Source: Patescibacteria group bacterium (lineage in GTDB: Bacteria; Patescibacteriota; Microgenomatia; UBA10105; UBA927). Taken from it: a DNA stretch of 64,000 nucleotides. Numbering within the stretch: the first letter of the stretch is position 1; every line of letters starts with the position of its first letter. The notes beneath the pieces were generated by a model. That model saw only the letters and a program-made list of their open reading frames with translations. It ran no database searches and was not told the DNA's origin. Below are positions 1 to 9,837 of this stretch, piece by piece. Both the position numbers and the translations under genes were made by a program. The DNA is taken from contig JBMOPU010000012.1 of the NCBI GenBank assembly GCA_049322955.1, positions 617,517-681,516 of the forward strand. The letters run 5' to 3'.

Positions 1-447
1 TGTTGGAGTCAGCCGGAAGGCCTTGCTGACGCGGCGGCGTTGGGGGTAACCGTGCTTTATAAAGAAAGTACCGACGGAAGCTATCAGGTTGCACGGGTCG
101 CCGTGGATCCCGATGCGGCCACCCGCGGAAACAATTTCGATGACACGGGAATTACCACCACGGGTTGCGGTATCGGATACTACGGCAAGGACATCGATTT
201 TACCGCCTTGGGAATCAATCCTTCACTGGATACGCTTTTGGCACTCCGTATTAAACCCTACTATTCCGACACGACCCTTGCCATTGACGGCGGCATTAAT
301 GAGATTCCCAAACAAGGAAATCAAATCGAATCCGTCGGTTCAACCGGCACGGGAGTCAGCCGTAAGGTTGTTGTGTACCAACAGTATCGCGCACCGCTTT
401 CGATTTTTGATTCGGTCATCTACAGTGAATCCGCCTTCGGTCATTAG
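1..447 (+). CDS. hypothetical protein, C-terminal fragment (frame open from position 1; gene starts upstream of window)
   Basis: No stop codon in frame 1 from window start to 447; Gly/Thr-rich C-terminus; sits just upstream of pilM. Confidence 0.35.
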   Translation, partial: CWSQPEGLADAAALGVTVLYKESTDGSYQVARVAVDPDAATRGNNFDDTGITTTGCGIGYYGKDIDFTALGINPSLDTLLALRIKPYYSDTTLAIDGGINEIPKQGNQIESVGSTGTGVSRKVVVYQQYRAPLSIFDSVIYSESAFGH

Positions 448-470
448 GATCGGATCGGCGGACTGCCCGT

Positions 471-1496
471 ATGAAAACACTTTTAGGATTAGACATCGGC
501 TCACATAGTATCAAGCTTATTGAAATAGGCTATTCGGGAGGACCGCAACTTCTGGCGGCGGGAAGTATCCCCACTCCTCCCAAGGCGCTCCAATCTTCGT
601 TGGAAGCGGATCATCAGGCAGTCGCGATGGCGATAAAACAGTTGATGAAGGAAACCGGCGCAAAGTCCAATTCTGTCGTCATTGCACTTCCTGAATCTCA
701 GGTCTTCACGAGAGTCATCGAAGTGCCGGCGCTTTCGCAACGGGAGTTGGCGTCCGCAATAAGCTGGGAAGCGGAACAGTATATTCCCCTTCCCCTCGAT
801 CAGGTAAATCTGGATTACTCGATACTGCGGGATGCCAAAGAAACGGGTACCGACAAAATGGATGTATTGCTTGTTGCGTGTCCGAAAACGCTTCTGGATA
901 AATATCTGTCGATTATTGAAATGGCCGAATTAATTCCCGTGGCGGCGGAGACGGAAATTATCGCGGCCGCAAGAGCGCTGTCACGATCGGTGGCGAATGT
1001 GAAAAATGCCTCGCTTTTGGTGTCATTAGGTGCACAGACGACCGATCTTGCCATTTTGCGGAACGGTGTTTTAGCGTTCACCCGGTCGATTTCCGCAGGA
1101 GGCGAAGCGTTATCGCGGGCGCTGGTCTCGGGGCTGGATTTCAATGTGAATCAGGCGGAAGAATTCAAGCGAACCTACGGTCTTGAAAAGGATAAATTGC
1201 AGGGGAAAATCGTCACTGCGGTAAAACCCATCATGGATACGATTGTCGGAGAAATGAAGCGCGCGCTGGCGTTTTATACGGAAAAGCATAAAGAAGAACG
1301 GGTGGAAGTGACGCTTCTCTCGGGAGGTACGGCAAAACTTCCCGGTATGGTTGTGTATATCGCGCAAAGCATCGGCATGGAAGCCCAGCTGGCCAATCCC
1401 TGGGTAGGAATAAAACGAGATCCCCGATTTGCCGTACTCGACAAAGAAGGTCCCACATTTGCCGTAGCGGTGGGGTTGGCGCTACGTGACGCGTAA
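471..1496 (+). CDS. pilM: type IV pilus assembly protein PilM (actin-like ATPase fold)
   Basis: 341 aa; N-terminus MKTLLGLDIGSHSIKLIEI is typical of PilM/FtsA-like proteins; followed by PilN/PilO-like genes. Confidence 0.8.
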   Translation: MKTLLGLDIGSHSIKLIEIGYSGGPQLLAAGSIPTPPKALQSSLEADHQAVAMAIKQLMKETGAKSNSVVIALPESQVFTRVIEVPALSQRELASAISWEAEQYIPLPLDQVNLDYSILRDAKETGTDKMDVLLVACPKTLLDKYLSIIEMAELIPVAAETEIIAAARALSRSVANVKNASLLVSLGAQTTDLAILRNGVLAFTRSISAGGEALSRALVSGLDFNVNQAEEFKRTYGLEKDKLQGKIVTAVKPIMDTIVGEMKRALAFYTEKHKEERVEVTLLSGGTAKLPGMVVYIAQSIGMEAQLANPWVGIKRDPRFAVLDKEGPTFAVAVGLALRDA

Positions 1497-1506
1497 GGAG
1501 AACGGT

Positions 1507-2049
1507 ATGAGTGATGCGCAAATAAACCTCATCAAACGAGACGTTCGCTCGATGGGAGAATTTTCCCGGCTTGAGGAAATGCTACGGGTAGCCGCGTTAT
1601 GGTCTCTCGCAGGACTTTTTGTCGCGGGACTTCTTATCGGCGGACTCTTCCTTTTCTTGCGAAGTCGTACCCAACAGGCGGAAGAGACGAAGGTTCGTAT
1701 CGTACGAGAGATAAATACGCAAAGTGCCAAGGAAGGATTACTGCTTTCATTGAAGGATCGGATTGGGATTGCCGGCAAGGCGCTTGATGCCGCAAAGCCG
1801 TGGGGGAAGTTGTTCGGTGTTTTAGGGGAGATATCGAATGCCGGAACGTTTAGTTCCATATCAATTGATGAAACCGGCCGCGTGAACACCGCCCTTGAAC
1901 TGGTTTCTTTGGATGATGCCGTCTCCGTCATCGGTAATCTGATGGTGCTTTCGTCAGAGAAAGCGCTTCGTACGCCGCAGATGCTTTCATTTGCGCTCAA
2001 GGATGACGGCGCGGTACAGCTTTCGATATCATTTTTTCCGATATTTTAA
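1507..2049 (+). CDS. pilN: PilN-like type IV pilus inner-membrane assembly protein
   Basis: ATG at 1507 follows an AAGGAG SD; single N-terminal TM helix (LWSLAGLFVAGLLIGGLFLF) then a periplasmic domain; gene order pilM-pilN. The 6-frame ORF starts earlier at a GTG (1486). Confidence 0.6.
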   Translation: MSDAQINLIKRDVRSMGEFSRLEEMLRVAALWSLAGLFVAGLLIGGLFLFLRSRTQQAEETKVRIVREINTQSAKEGLLLSLKDRIGIAGKALDAAKPWGKLFGVLGEISNAGTFSSISIDETGRVNTALELVSLDDAVSVIGNLMVLSSEKALRTPQMLSFALKDDGAVQLSISFFPIF

Positions 2050-2051
2050 CT

Positions 2052-2789
2052 ATGCAATTTGATAAGCTCTTCAAGAAATACCAAAACACCATCGTGTCCG
2101 CGGTGATTCTCCTCTTTTGCGTACTGGCCGCCATTTTTGCGGTTATCCCCTCGGTAGCCAAAGTACAGCAACTGGCCGCCGATCTTCGGGTGATGACAGA
2201 AGAATCCACTGCGTTGAAGAAAAAACTTGATACGTTGGTGACGCTGGATGAGGCGACACTTCGCACGAACCTCACGAACGTCCTTTCTGCGGTTCCCGCG
2301 GAACGTTCTTTTCCGACGGTGTTTGAAACGGTGGAATCCGTCGCCGCGCAAACGGGCGTATCCGTGGTGAGTATGAGTATTTCGGGCGGTGCCTCGTTAG
2401 CGACGCCCACCGCTTCACAAGTGTCGGCCGCGGATAAAAAACTGGGGACCCGTACCATTCCGTTTTCCGTAACCATTAACGGTTCCCTTACCGGGATTGA
2501 ACAATTTATTGCGCTCATTCCGCAGGTGCGACGTCTCTTGCGCATCAGGGTATTTTCGATCGCATTCCCGAAGGACGACCGGCCGCTGACCGTCAATATT
2601 GATATGGACGCGTTTTACGAACCCCTCCCCGCGTCTATAGGAAGTGCAAAAGCCGTGCTTCCTCAGCTTACGGAAACGGATCTTGCGATGATAGAGAAAT
2701 TGACCTCCCTTCCGTTGGCTTCACAGGAAAGCGGGGCACTTCCCCCTCCCCTCATCGGGAAGACGAAGGAAAATCCGTTTTCTCCTTAA
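2052..2789 (+). CDS. pilO: PilO-like type IV pilus assembly protein
   Basis: N-terminal TM helix plus coiled-coil region, positioned after pilM/pilN; 4-nt convergent overlap with trmD. Confidence 0.5.
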   Translation: MQFDKLFKKYQNTIVSAVILLFCVLAAIFAVIPSVAKVQQLAADLRVMTEESTALKKKLDTLVTLDEATLRTNLTNVLSAVPAERSFPTVFETVESVAAQTGVSVVSMSISGGASLATPTASQVSAADKKLGTRTIPFSVTINGSLTGIEQFIALIPQVRRLLRIRVFSIAFPKDDRPLTVNIDMDAFYEPLPASIGSAKAVLPQLTETDLAMIEKLTSLPLASQESGALPPPLIGKTKENPFSP

Positions 2790-3469
2790 GCAAGATCAGG
2801 TCGGCGTTTTTTTGTTTTGAGGGTTGCCTGTTCTTTTTGCCAGGCGACGATTGCGGCATGATTGCCGGAGAGCAAAACGGGCGGCACCGCACGGTTTTTG
2901 TACACTTCCGGGCGGGTATATTGCGGATACTCAAGCAGGTTATCTTCAAAGGATTCATGGACGGTGGCGTCGGTCTTTTTGAGTACGCCGGGAAGCAACC
3001 TGGTAATGCTGTCGACAAGTACCATGGCGGGTATTTCACCGCCCGTGAGCACGTAATCCCCGATGGAAATTTCCATATCGACAAGGTCCCGTACCCGTTC
3101 ATCAACCCCTTCATAGTGGCCGCAGAGGATCACAAGATGTGAGACGGTGTCCGCAAGTTCACGTGCCAGTTTCTGGTGATACGGAACTCCCTGCGGATCC
3201 ATAAGCACAATTTTTCGCTTATCAGGAGTTGCCGTCGAACGATCGAGGACAGCCGACAGGGCGCGGTCGATGACATCCACTTTAAGGACCATTCCCGCAC
3301 CGCCGCCGTAGGGATGGTCATCAACCGTTTTATAGGCATCGGTCGCATAGTCGCGAAGATGAACATATTCAACGATAAGCTTTTCTTGGGAAACGGCTCT
3401 TTTCAGTATTGAGGCGGTAAGCGGTCCGGAAAACATTTCCGGAAACAACGTGATGATCGAGATTTTCAT
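2786..3469 (-). CDS. trmD: tRNA (guanine37-N1)-methyltransferase TrmD
   Basis: MKISIITLFPEMF... and PYGGGAGMVLK motifs of the SPOUT TrmD family. Confidence 0.9.
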   Translation of the reverse strand: MKISIITLFPEMFSGPLTASILKRAVSQEKLIVEYVHLRDYATDAYKTVDDHPYGGGAGMVLKVDVIDRALSAVLDRSTATPDKRKIVLMDPQGVPYHQKLARELADTVSHLVILCGHYEGVDERVRDLVDMEISIGDYVLTGGEIPAMVLVDSITRLLPGVLKKTDATVHESFEDNLLEYPQYTRPEVYKNRAVPPVLLSGNHAAIVAWQKEQATLKTKKRRPDLA

Positions 3470-3723
3470 GCAGACACTTCTTGTGGTGCGGCGTCTTCTG
3501 CGATTTCAACATCAACAAACGTATTTGCTTTTGCCGCAAGCACTTTCATAAGGTCGCGAAGTGCTCGGATAATTCGGCCGCTTTTGCCGATGACCTTGCC
3601 GATATCAGAAGGATTCGTATGGATAATGAGGATAGTCGCGTCCCCGTCCATGCGTTCTTCAATGGTGACTTCCTCGGGATTGTCCACGAGGAACCGTACC
3701 ATGTAAAGGAGTGTGTCTTTCAT
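3466..3723 (-). CDS. KH-domain RNA-binding protein (YlqC/UPF0109-like)
   Basis: 85 aa with a VIGKSGRIIRALR KH signature; sits in the conserved position between rpsP and trmD. Confidence 0.7.
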   Translation of the reverse strand: MKDTLLYMVRFLVDNPEEVTIEERMDGDATILIIHTNPSDIGKVIGKSGRIIRALRDLMKVLAAKANTFVDVEIAEDAAPQEVSA

Positions 3724-3956
3724 TTGGTTTTTTCGGTAAGAAGCTTTGCGACTCCCACGGTTACTTGGGCACCCTTGGATGTCCAGTAGCTTATCCGTTC
3801 CTGATTAATTGTCAGCTGTGCGGGTTTCACGAGCGGATTATAGAAACCCAAAATCTCAACGGGTTTGCCGTTTCGTCGTTTGCCTTCTTCAATGGCAACG
3901 ACGCGATAGGTGCGTCGATTGCGTGAACCGTATTGTGCGAGTCGGATTTTGATCAT
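3720..3956 (-). CDS. rpsP: 30S ribosomal protein S16
   Basis: Internal start MIKIRLAQYGSRNRRTYRVVA matches the S16 N-terminus; the longer ORF start would overlap rnc. Confidence 0.85.
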   Translation of the reverse strand: MIKIRLAQYGSRNRRTYRVVAIEEGKRRNGKPVEILGFYNPLVKPAQLTINQERISYWTSKGAQVTVGVAKLLTEKTK

Positions 3957-3972
3957 AAGAGCTCTTATTCTA

Positions 3973-4659
3973 TCAGATATTCCCGCTCTTCTCAAGCGCG
4001 TCCTGGGCGGCCCGTTGTTCGGCCTCCTGTTTGGATTTACCCATGCCTTTTCCCAGTACCGTTTCATCGCTTAATACTTCGACCCAAAACGTTTTGTTAT
4101 GGTCGGGGCCTTCGCTTTTGACGACCCGGTACAGCGGCGAAACCTTCGTTTTTTCCTGGGTCAGTTCCTGCAGAAGACTCTTAAAGTCGATGTAGGTTTT
4201 GTTTTCGAGAATCGCTTTTGTTTTGTAGAGAAGATGGGTGGCAAGAAAATTTTTCGCCGCCGTTATCCCCTGATCCAAAAATATTGCCCCGAGAAGCGCC
4301 TCAAAACAGTCCGCAAGCAGTGACTCATTATTTCTGCCTCCTGACGACTCTTCTCCCCTGCTCAGCAGGAGAAGCGATCCCAGCTGAAGTTCACCCGCTA
4401 CCTGACTCAGACTTTTGGTTTTGACGAGCGTCGAACGGACATTGGTAAGTGTCCCTTCGGGAAAATCCTGATAGGTGGTATAAAGATAGTGCGATGTGAC
4501 GAATGAAAGCACCGCATCGCCCAAAAACTCCAGGCGTTCATTGGACTCCGTGTGTTCCTTTGACTCATTTAAGTACGAACGGTGTACAAACGCCTGACTT
4601 AATAATTTTTTGTCCGCAAACGTTATCCCGATGCGTTGTTCAAGATCGGTAAAACTCAT
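3973..4659 (-). CDS. rnc: ribonuclease III
   Basis: ERLEFLGDAVL RNase III signature plus a C-terminal dsRBD. Confidence 0.9.
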   Translation of the reverse strand: MSFTDLEQRIGITFADKKLLSQAFVHRSYLNESKEHTESNERLEFLGDAVLSFVTSHYLYTTYQDFPEGTLTNVRSTLVKTKSLSQVAGELQLGSLLLLSRGEESSGGRNNESLLADCFEALLGAIFLDQGITAAKNFLATHLLYKTKAILENKTYIDFKSLLQELTQEKTKVSPLYRVVKSEGPDHNKTFWVEVLSDETVLGKGMGKSKQEAEQRAAQDALEKSGNI

Positions 4660-5018
4660 ACTTGTAATGCGATAGTACCCAATACCCCGTTAATGAATTT
4701 GGCGCTGTGCTCATTGCCGTAGGATTTTGCGAGCTCGACTGCCTCGTCAATGATGACCTTGGCGGGGTTTTTCTTGTCGAACTGGAGTTCCCATACCGCA
4801 AGACGAAGAATGGCAAGATCAATACGGGCAATTTTCGCAAGCGGCCACTCGGGAGCGGCTTTTGCAATCTGACCGTCAATTGCCGGAAGAAGCGCAATGA
4901 TATCCGCGGATTCTTCGCCAACGGAAACATCCCGGAAGCTATAGCTGAATAACTGTTGCATGAGGGTAATTCGTTTTTGGTGTCGGGGGTCGTTTGCCGT
5001 CTTCATGAACAAGCGCAT
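4656..5018 (-). CDS. nusB: transcription antitermination factor NusB
   Basis: 120 aa all-helical protein with NusB-like ARIDLAILRLAVWEL and FINGVLG segments; 4-nt overlap with rnc. Confidence 0.75.
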   Translation of the reverse strand: MRLFMKTANDPRHQKRITLMQQLFSYSFRDVSVGEESADIIALLPAIDGQIAKAAPEWPLAKIARIDLAILRLAVWELQFDKKNPAKVIIDEAVELAKSYGNEHSAKFINGVLGTIALQV

Positions 5019-5076
5019 CTCTCAGCTTTCAGTAATCAGCTCTCGCAATAGACAGCTGGCAACTGAAAACCGATGA

Positions 5077-5283
5077 TTACGCGGTCTGTTTTTTGGTTTT
5101 CTTTGTTTTGACGGTTGCCACCTGGCGTCCGCCATAAAAACCACAGTATTTACATGCTCGATGCGGAAGCCGCGGCTTGCCACAGTTTGCGCAAATCATG
5201 ATGCCGGGAAGAGTCATACGGATGCTTGCATCCCGTTTGCCCTGGCGTCGTTTTGAATGTCTTCGTTTTGGTAGCGGTGTCAT
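5077..5283 (-). CDS. rpmF: 50S ribosomal protein L32
   Basis: PKRRHSKRRQGKR N-terminus and CxxC...CxxC zinc ribbon, typical of Gram-positive-type L32. Confidence 0.8.
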   Translation of the reverse strand: MTPLPKRRHSKRRQGKRDASIRMTLPGIMICANCGKPRLPHRACKYCGFYGGRQVATVKTKKTKKQTA

Positions 5284-5286
5284 AGG

Positions 5287-7344
5287 TTACGAATCAATAG
5301 TGTCTATTTTACTCTGATTGAGCTTTTCTCTCAAGTGGGGAAACCGGGAGAGTGTCGGATCAGCCTTGGTGAGGACCGATACGGCATGTTTTACCCTCTC
5401 AATCAGCTTGGTATCCGAAAGACTTGCGATCGCAAACCCCGGAACACCGTGTTGTCTGGTACCGAACAGTTCACCCGGACCCCGCAGGGTCAGATCAAGC
5501 TCGGCAAGCTCGGGACCATTATGCACGGTTTCGAGTGCTTTGAGCCGGGTCAACACCTCGGGTGTTTCGTTTTCGGTAAAGAGGAGACAGTAGGAGGGCT
5601 TTTCTCTTCGCCCTACTCGCCCCCTGAGTTGATGTAATTGCGAAAGCCCGAAGCGTTCGGCGGCTTCAATGACGATGACGGTTGCTTCGGGAATATCGAT
5701 GCCGACTTCAACGACCGGAGTGGCGACCAGTACGTCGTCCTGACCGTCATGAAGTCTTGTTAGCGCGGCGTTTTTTTCCTCGGCTTTCATGCGACCGTGG
5801 AGCATGTTCACCCGTAACGGGGCAAACACTTGTTTCAGCTTTTCGTATTCACTTTTGACGGCGCGAACCGTTGAAAGCGTTTCGGAATCATCAATAAGCG
5901 GGCAAATGACAAATGCCTGTGAATGCGTCGCGGTGAGTTCTTTTTTGATCCACTCATACGCCGCCGTTCGTTTGTTTGCGGGAACCACCCAGGTTTTTAC
6001 CGGTTTTCGACCGCTGGGAAGCGCTCCCAAAACACTCACATCGAGGTTACCGAATACCGTTTGCGCGATCGTACGGGGAATCGGCGTGGCCGTCATGGTC
6101 AGTTGATGCGGGAGATGCCCCCCCTGGCTTCCCTTTCTGAGAGCCGCACGCTGTGCGACGCCGAATCGCTGTTGCTCATCGATGACAATGAGGCCAAGTG
6201 TCGGAAGCGAAACGGTTTCGCTTAACAGTGCATGCGTGCCGATGTACACAGACGGTGTTGTATGGTCAAATGTCTGCGGTTTTTTTTGTCCGCCAAGAAT
6301 AAGATGAACCGGAATGCCGAGTTTTTCGGTAAGAATTTTTCGAAGGGTATCTTCGTGTTGCTGGGCAAGAATTTGCGTGGGAGCGAGGAATGCTGAACTT
6401 TTTCCGTTGACCGCGGCAATATACATCGCGTATGCGGCGACGACCGTTTTTCCCGCACCGACATCTCCTTCGAGGAGTCGGTTCATCGGAATACTCTTTG
6501 CCATGTCGGCTGAAATTGCGGTTATGGCGGATTGTTGATCGTCGGTGAGCGAAAATGGGAGCGATTGCCGAAACGCCGTATCATGTTTCGCCGATGCCAC
6601 AAGCGGTGTTGCGGTGAGCGTGTTTTGCCATGCCTGTCGCTGTTGTTGACTGCGTAACAGGAGAAGAAATAATTCGTCAAACGCCAGCCTCTCCCGTGCC
6701 TGCTGTGCCGAAGCAAGTGAAGAAGGAAAATGTACCTGATGAATCGCGTCAGTAAGAGTCGGTAAATGCTCGAGTGCCCGTATTTCCTCCGGCAGATCAT
6801 CAACGATAAGCGATAACGAGGTCGACAACACATGGGCGATTCTTCCCCGGAGCCATTTGGAACTTAATCCCTCCGTTTCCGGATACACCGGCACGAGTCT
6901 GCCTGTGTGCAGGCTCTCATGCTCGGCTCCTTCAGACTTCAGCACTTCATACTCGGGTGAGGATAAGACCACTTTTTGTCCGAACCACTCGACTTTTCCG
7001 GATGCGCTCAACAAATCTTGCGGGTGTAAGGTCTTGGTTAAATACAGCTGATTGAACCAGGTCACATCGATTGCCCCCGTGGCATCGCGGAGTTTTCCCA
7101 TAACAATCCGCTTGCCGTTTTTTGTCACGAATGCCCGAATGAATTCAAGCGTACCGACCACCGTAACCGTTTCACCGGGTTGAAGCTTTGCGATGGGAGA
7201 AACGAGAGAATAGTCTTTGTATCGGAACGGCGCGTACGTAAGAAGATCAAATACCGTCGTAATGCCGATCCGTTCAAGCAAGGAAGCCATGCGGGGGCCA
7301 ACGCGGGGAACATATTGCACGGGTGAGCTGAGGAGCAATTCCAT
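5287..7344 (-). CDS. recG: ATP-dependent DNA helicase RecG
   Basis: 685 aa; Walker A GDVGAGKT, DEQQRFG (DEQH-like) box, N-terminal wedge domain. Confidence 0.9.
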   Translation of the reverse strand: MELLLSSPVQYVPRVGPRMASLLERIGITTVFDLLTYAPFRYKDYSLVSPIAKLQPGETVTVVGTLEFIRAFVTKNGKRIVMGKLRDATGAIDVTWFNQLYLTKTLHPQDLLSASGKVEWFGQKVVLSSPEYEVLKSEGAEHESLHTGRLVPVYPETEGLSSKWLRGRIAHVLSTSLSLIVDDLPEEIRALEHLPTLTDAIHQVHFPSSLASAQQARERLAFDELFLLLLRSQQQRQAWQNTLTATPLVASAKHDTAFRQSLPFSLTDDQQSAITAISADMAKSIPMNRLLEGDVGAGKTVVAAYAMYIAAVNGKSSAFLAPTQILAQQHEDTLRKILTEKLGIPVHLILGGQKKPQTFDHTTPSVYIGTHALLSETVSLPTLGLIVIDEQQRFGVAQRAALRKGSQGGHLPHQLTMTATPIPRTIAQTVFGNLDVSVLGALPSGRKPVKTWVVPANKRTAAYEWIKKELTATHSQAFVICPLIDDSETLSTVRAVKSEYEKLKQVFAPLRVNMLHGRMKAEEKNAALTRLHDGQDDVLVATPVVEVGIDIPEATVIVIEAAERFGLSQLHQLRGRVGRREKPSYCLLFTENETPEVLTRLKALETVHNGPELAELDLTLRGPGELFGTRQHGVPGFAIASLSDTKLIERVKHAVSVLTKADPTLSRFPHLREKLNQSKIDTIDS

Positions 7345-7377
7345 GGGACTATTATATACTTTCCGCGGATTATGGCT

Positions 7378-7488
7378 TTATTGCAATCCGCCGGCAAGGA
7401 GCGGCACAAAAGAAGTCGCGATAAGGGCAATCGTCGAGATGATAACGATGACTTTCCACACTTTTTCGTGTTTTCTGAAAAAATTCAT
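7378..7488 (-). CDS. putative 36-aa hydrophobic small protein (MNFFRKHEKVWKVIVIISTIALIATSFVPLLAGGLQ)
   Basis: ATG one nt after the tyrS stop, a single predicted TM helix, stop at 7378; too short for the ORF track. Confidence 0.2.
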   Translation of the reverse strand: MNFFRKHEKVWKVIVIISTIALIATSFVPLLAGGLQ

Positions 7489-7489
7489 A

Positions 7490-8677
7490 TTAGGGATCAA
7501 TTTTAACAGCTTTTCTGCCTACTTCAATAACGTCATTAACGGAAAGGGTTACCGGATCTTTGGTGAGTACTACTGGTTGACCGTTATGCCTGACCGCTTT
7601 TTGCTCGATAAGCCGTTTGGCATCAGATTTACTTGCCGCCATGCCGAATGAGACCAACACATCGACCATGGTTGCATCCGTCTTTACGTTATTTTTGGAC
7701 ATATGCGGAATATCGGATGCCGCTACATCCCCTTTCTGGAATCGGAGTTCAAAATTCGCCTTGGCGTCCGATGCGTCTTTTTCCGAATGCAATTCCGTGA
7801 CCAGACGGACCGCAAGTTCTTTTTTGAGTAACATCGGATTTTCTCCGTCGGCAAGCTTTTTTTCCGCTGAAGCGACTTCCTCCATCGTTGCATCGGTTGC
7901 CAGCGTGAGATATTGGATGATGAGTTCATCCCGCAGTGACATAACCTTGCCGAACATCTCGTCGGCACTATCGGTCAGCCAAATGGCGTTTCCCCAGCTC
8001 TTGCTCATTTTTCTGCCGTCGGTGCCCTCGAGAAAACCGTTGGCGATAATAAATGATTCCTTATGTCGTAAATCCTTCTGTAACACTCTCCCCGCCTGCA
8101 TGTTAAAGGTTTGGTCGGTGCCTCCCAGCTGAATATCGGTGTCCATATAGTAACTGTCGTACCCCTGCATAACCGGGTAGAGCAATTCATGCAGGCCTAC
8201 TTTTTTACCTTCCGTTAATCGTTTTTTGATGAGCTCCCTTCCAACGAAATCCCCTGCCGAAAAATGCTGGGTGAGTTTGACGATATCGGTAAATGACAGC
8301 TTCTTAAGCCATTGGCTGTTATGCACGACGGTAATCTTGGAGAAATCCAAGACCTTTTCCGCCTGCTTTTTATAGGTTTCGAAGTTTTTTTGGATTTGTT
8401 CGGTCGTGAGCACGGGCCGTTCGGTATCTTTGTCCGACGTGTCTCCGATAAGTGCGGTGAAGTCACCGATAAGAAACGTCACATGGTGGCCGAGTTTGGC
8501 GAACGCATTGAGCTTTCGTAGCGGTACCGCGTGACCGATATGGATATTGGTTGCGGTAGGATCAATGCCCAAAAAAATATTGAGTTTTTTCCCGCTTTCC
8601 AAAAGCTCCCGCAACTTCTCCTTGCCGGGAATGATGTTTTCGACGCCTCTCGTCAATAATTCTTCGATACTGTCCAT
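7490..8677 (-). CDS. tyrS: tyrosine--tRNA ligase
   Basis: HIGH (HIGHAVP) and KMSKS class-I motifs; C-terminal S4-like domain. Confidence 0.9.
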   Translation of the reverse strand: MDSIEELLTRGVENIIPGKEKLRELLESGKKLNIFLGIDPTATNIHIGHAVPLRKLNAFAKLGHHVTFLIGDFTALIGDTSDKDTERPVLTTEQIQKNFETYKKQAEKVLDFSKITVVHNSQWLKKLSFTDIVKLTQHFSAGDFVGRELIKKRLTEGKKVGLHELLYPVMQGYDSYYMDTDIQLGGTDQTFNMQAGRVLQKDLRHKESFIIANGFLEGTDGRKMSKSWGNAIWLTDSADEMFGKVMSLRDELIIQYLTLATDATMEEVASAEKKLADGENPMLLKKELAVRLVTELHSEKDASDAKANFELRFQKGDVAASDIPHMSKNNVKTDATMVDVLVSFGMAASKSDAKRLIEQKAVRHNGQPVVLTKDPVTLSVNDVIEVGRKAVKIDP

Positions 8678-8709
8678 ATATACCTCCTTTATCTATAACA
8701 CAGCCTATC

Positions 8710-9837
8710 CTATTGTTCCAGAGCCTGTTTCAGGTCGGCAATAATATCATCGGGATGTTCAAGTCCCAGCGATAAACGGAATAACTGTTCACTTGGCGGA
8801 GACAATGCTGGAGTTTTTTCCCAGTTCATCATGCGCGCGGGATGTTGTATTACCGTTTCAACCCCGCCGAACGAATGACTGATGCAAATAAGTTTGAGCT
8901 TCTTGGCAAATGCCGAGGGGTCCCGATCGTTTGTCAAGAGAAAGCTTACCAATGTTCCTTTCCCCCTCATTTGTTCCCGCACAATTTGTTGTTCTTCTCT
9001 CCCTGCGGAGCCCGGCACCATGACGTGACAAATAGCGGGATGATGGCGAAGCCATTTGCTTACCACGGTTGCGGTTTGTTGTTGTGCCCGTATTCGTGCG
9101 GTGAGTGTTTTCATGCCACGTAAGACAAGAAAACATTGTTGGGGATCCAGCACCGGCCCCGTTGTCTGTGTCAGAAACCGTAACCGTTTTCCGATTGCAT
9201 CGTTATTCGTGCCAATAAAGCCTCCGATGACGTCACTATGGCCGTTCAGAAGTTTGGTAAGACTTTCTACGACGATGTCGGCTCCATGCGAAAGCGGCTG
9301 TTGAATACCGCCGGAACACATAGTGGTATCGACAACCAATATTGCGCCGTTTCGGTGTGCAATGCGGGCCAGTGTTGCAATGGGGAGTACCCGAAGTGAC
9401 GGGTTAGTCGGTGTTTCAGCCCAAAGCAATTTCGGTTTCAGTTCTTCTACTTCATGCTCAAGCGATCGTTCATCGGTAAAATCCGTACATACAGCAGTGA
9501 CCCGGAAAGGAGTCAGCACGTCATGAAATATTCTTCCGGTTCCTTCATAGAGCTCATGATGATGCAGGAGCGTATCCCCTGCACCAAGCAGTAAGCTCAC
9601 CATGAAAATTGCCGATGAACCCGATGCGGTGGCAATCCCCCACGAGGCATTATGAAGCCGCATGAGCACCGACTCAAGTGCGGTTCTTGTATCATTTGCG
9701 ATACGTCCGTACTGGTTTCCCTTTGTCGACGATAATTCATCGAGCGCATATATCACTGAAGGGTGTATGGCCGTAACGATTTCTCCCGTATGCGGACACG
9801 GTGCATGTGGTCGTACCAATAGCGTTTGCTGTTTCAT
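8710..9837 (-). CDS. Cys/Met-metabolism PLP-dependent enzyme (cystathionine gamma-synthase / beta-lyase family)
   Basis: SLTKLLNGHSDVIGG PLP-lysine motif of the trans-sulfuration enzyme family; 375 aa. Confidence 0.8.
   Translation of the reverse strand: MKQQTLLVRPHAPCPHTGEIVTAIHPSVIYALDELSSTKGNQYGRIANDTRTALESVLMRLHNASWGIATASGSSAIFMVSLLLGAGDTLLHHHELYEGTGRIFHDVLTPFRVTAVCTDFTDERSLEHEVEELKPKLLWAETPTNPSLRVLPIATLARIAHRNGAILVVDTTMCSGGIQQPLSHGADIVVESLTKLLNGHSDVIGGFIGTNNDAIGKRLRFLTQTTGPVLDPQQCFLVLRGMKTLTARIRAQQQTATVVSKWLRHHPAICHVMVPGSAGREEQQIVREQMRGKGTLVSFLLTNDRDPSAFAKKLKLICISHSFGGVETVIQHPARMMNWEKTPALSPPSEQLFRLSLGLEHPDDIIADLKQALEQ

Noticed and set aside
501-2351. Antisense ORFs inside pilM/pilN/pilO (e.g. 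501..740-, 815..1144-, 1482..2000-, 2046..2351-)
   Set aside because: Fully embedded opposite well-supported genes; low-complexity, Arg-rich translations.
5318-6833. Multiple 80-105-aa ORFs on both strands within recG
   Set aside because: Embedded in the RecG coding sequence, which has clear helicase motifs; no independent signals.
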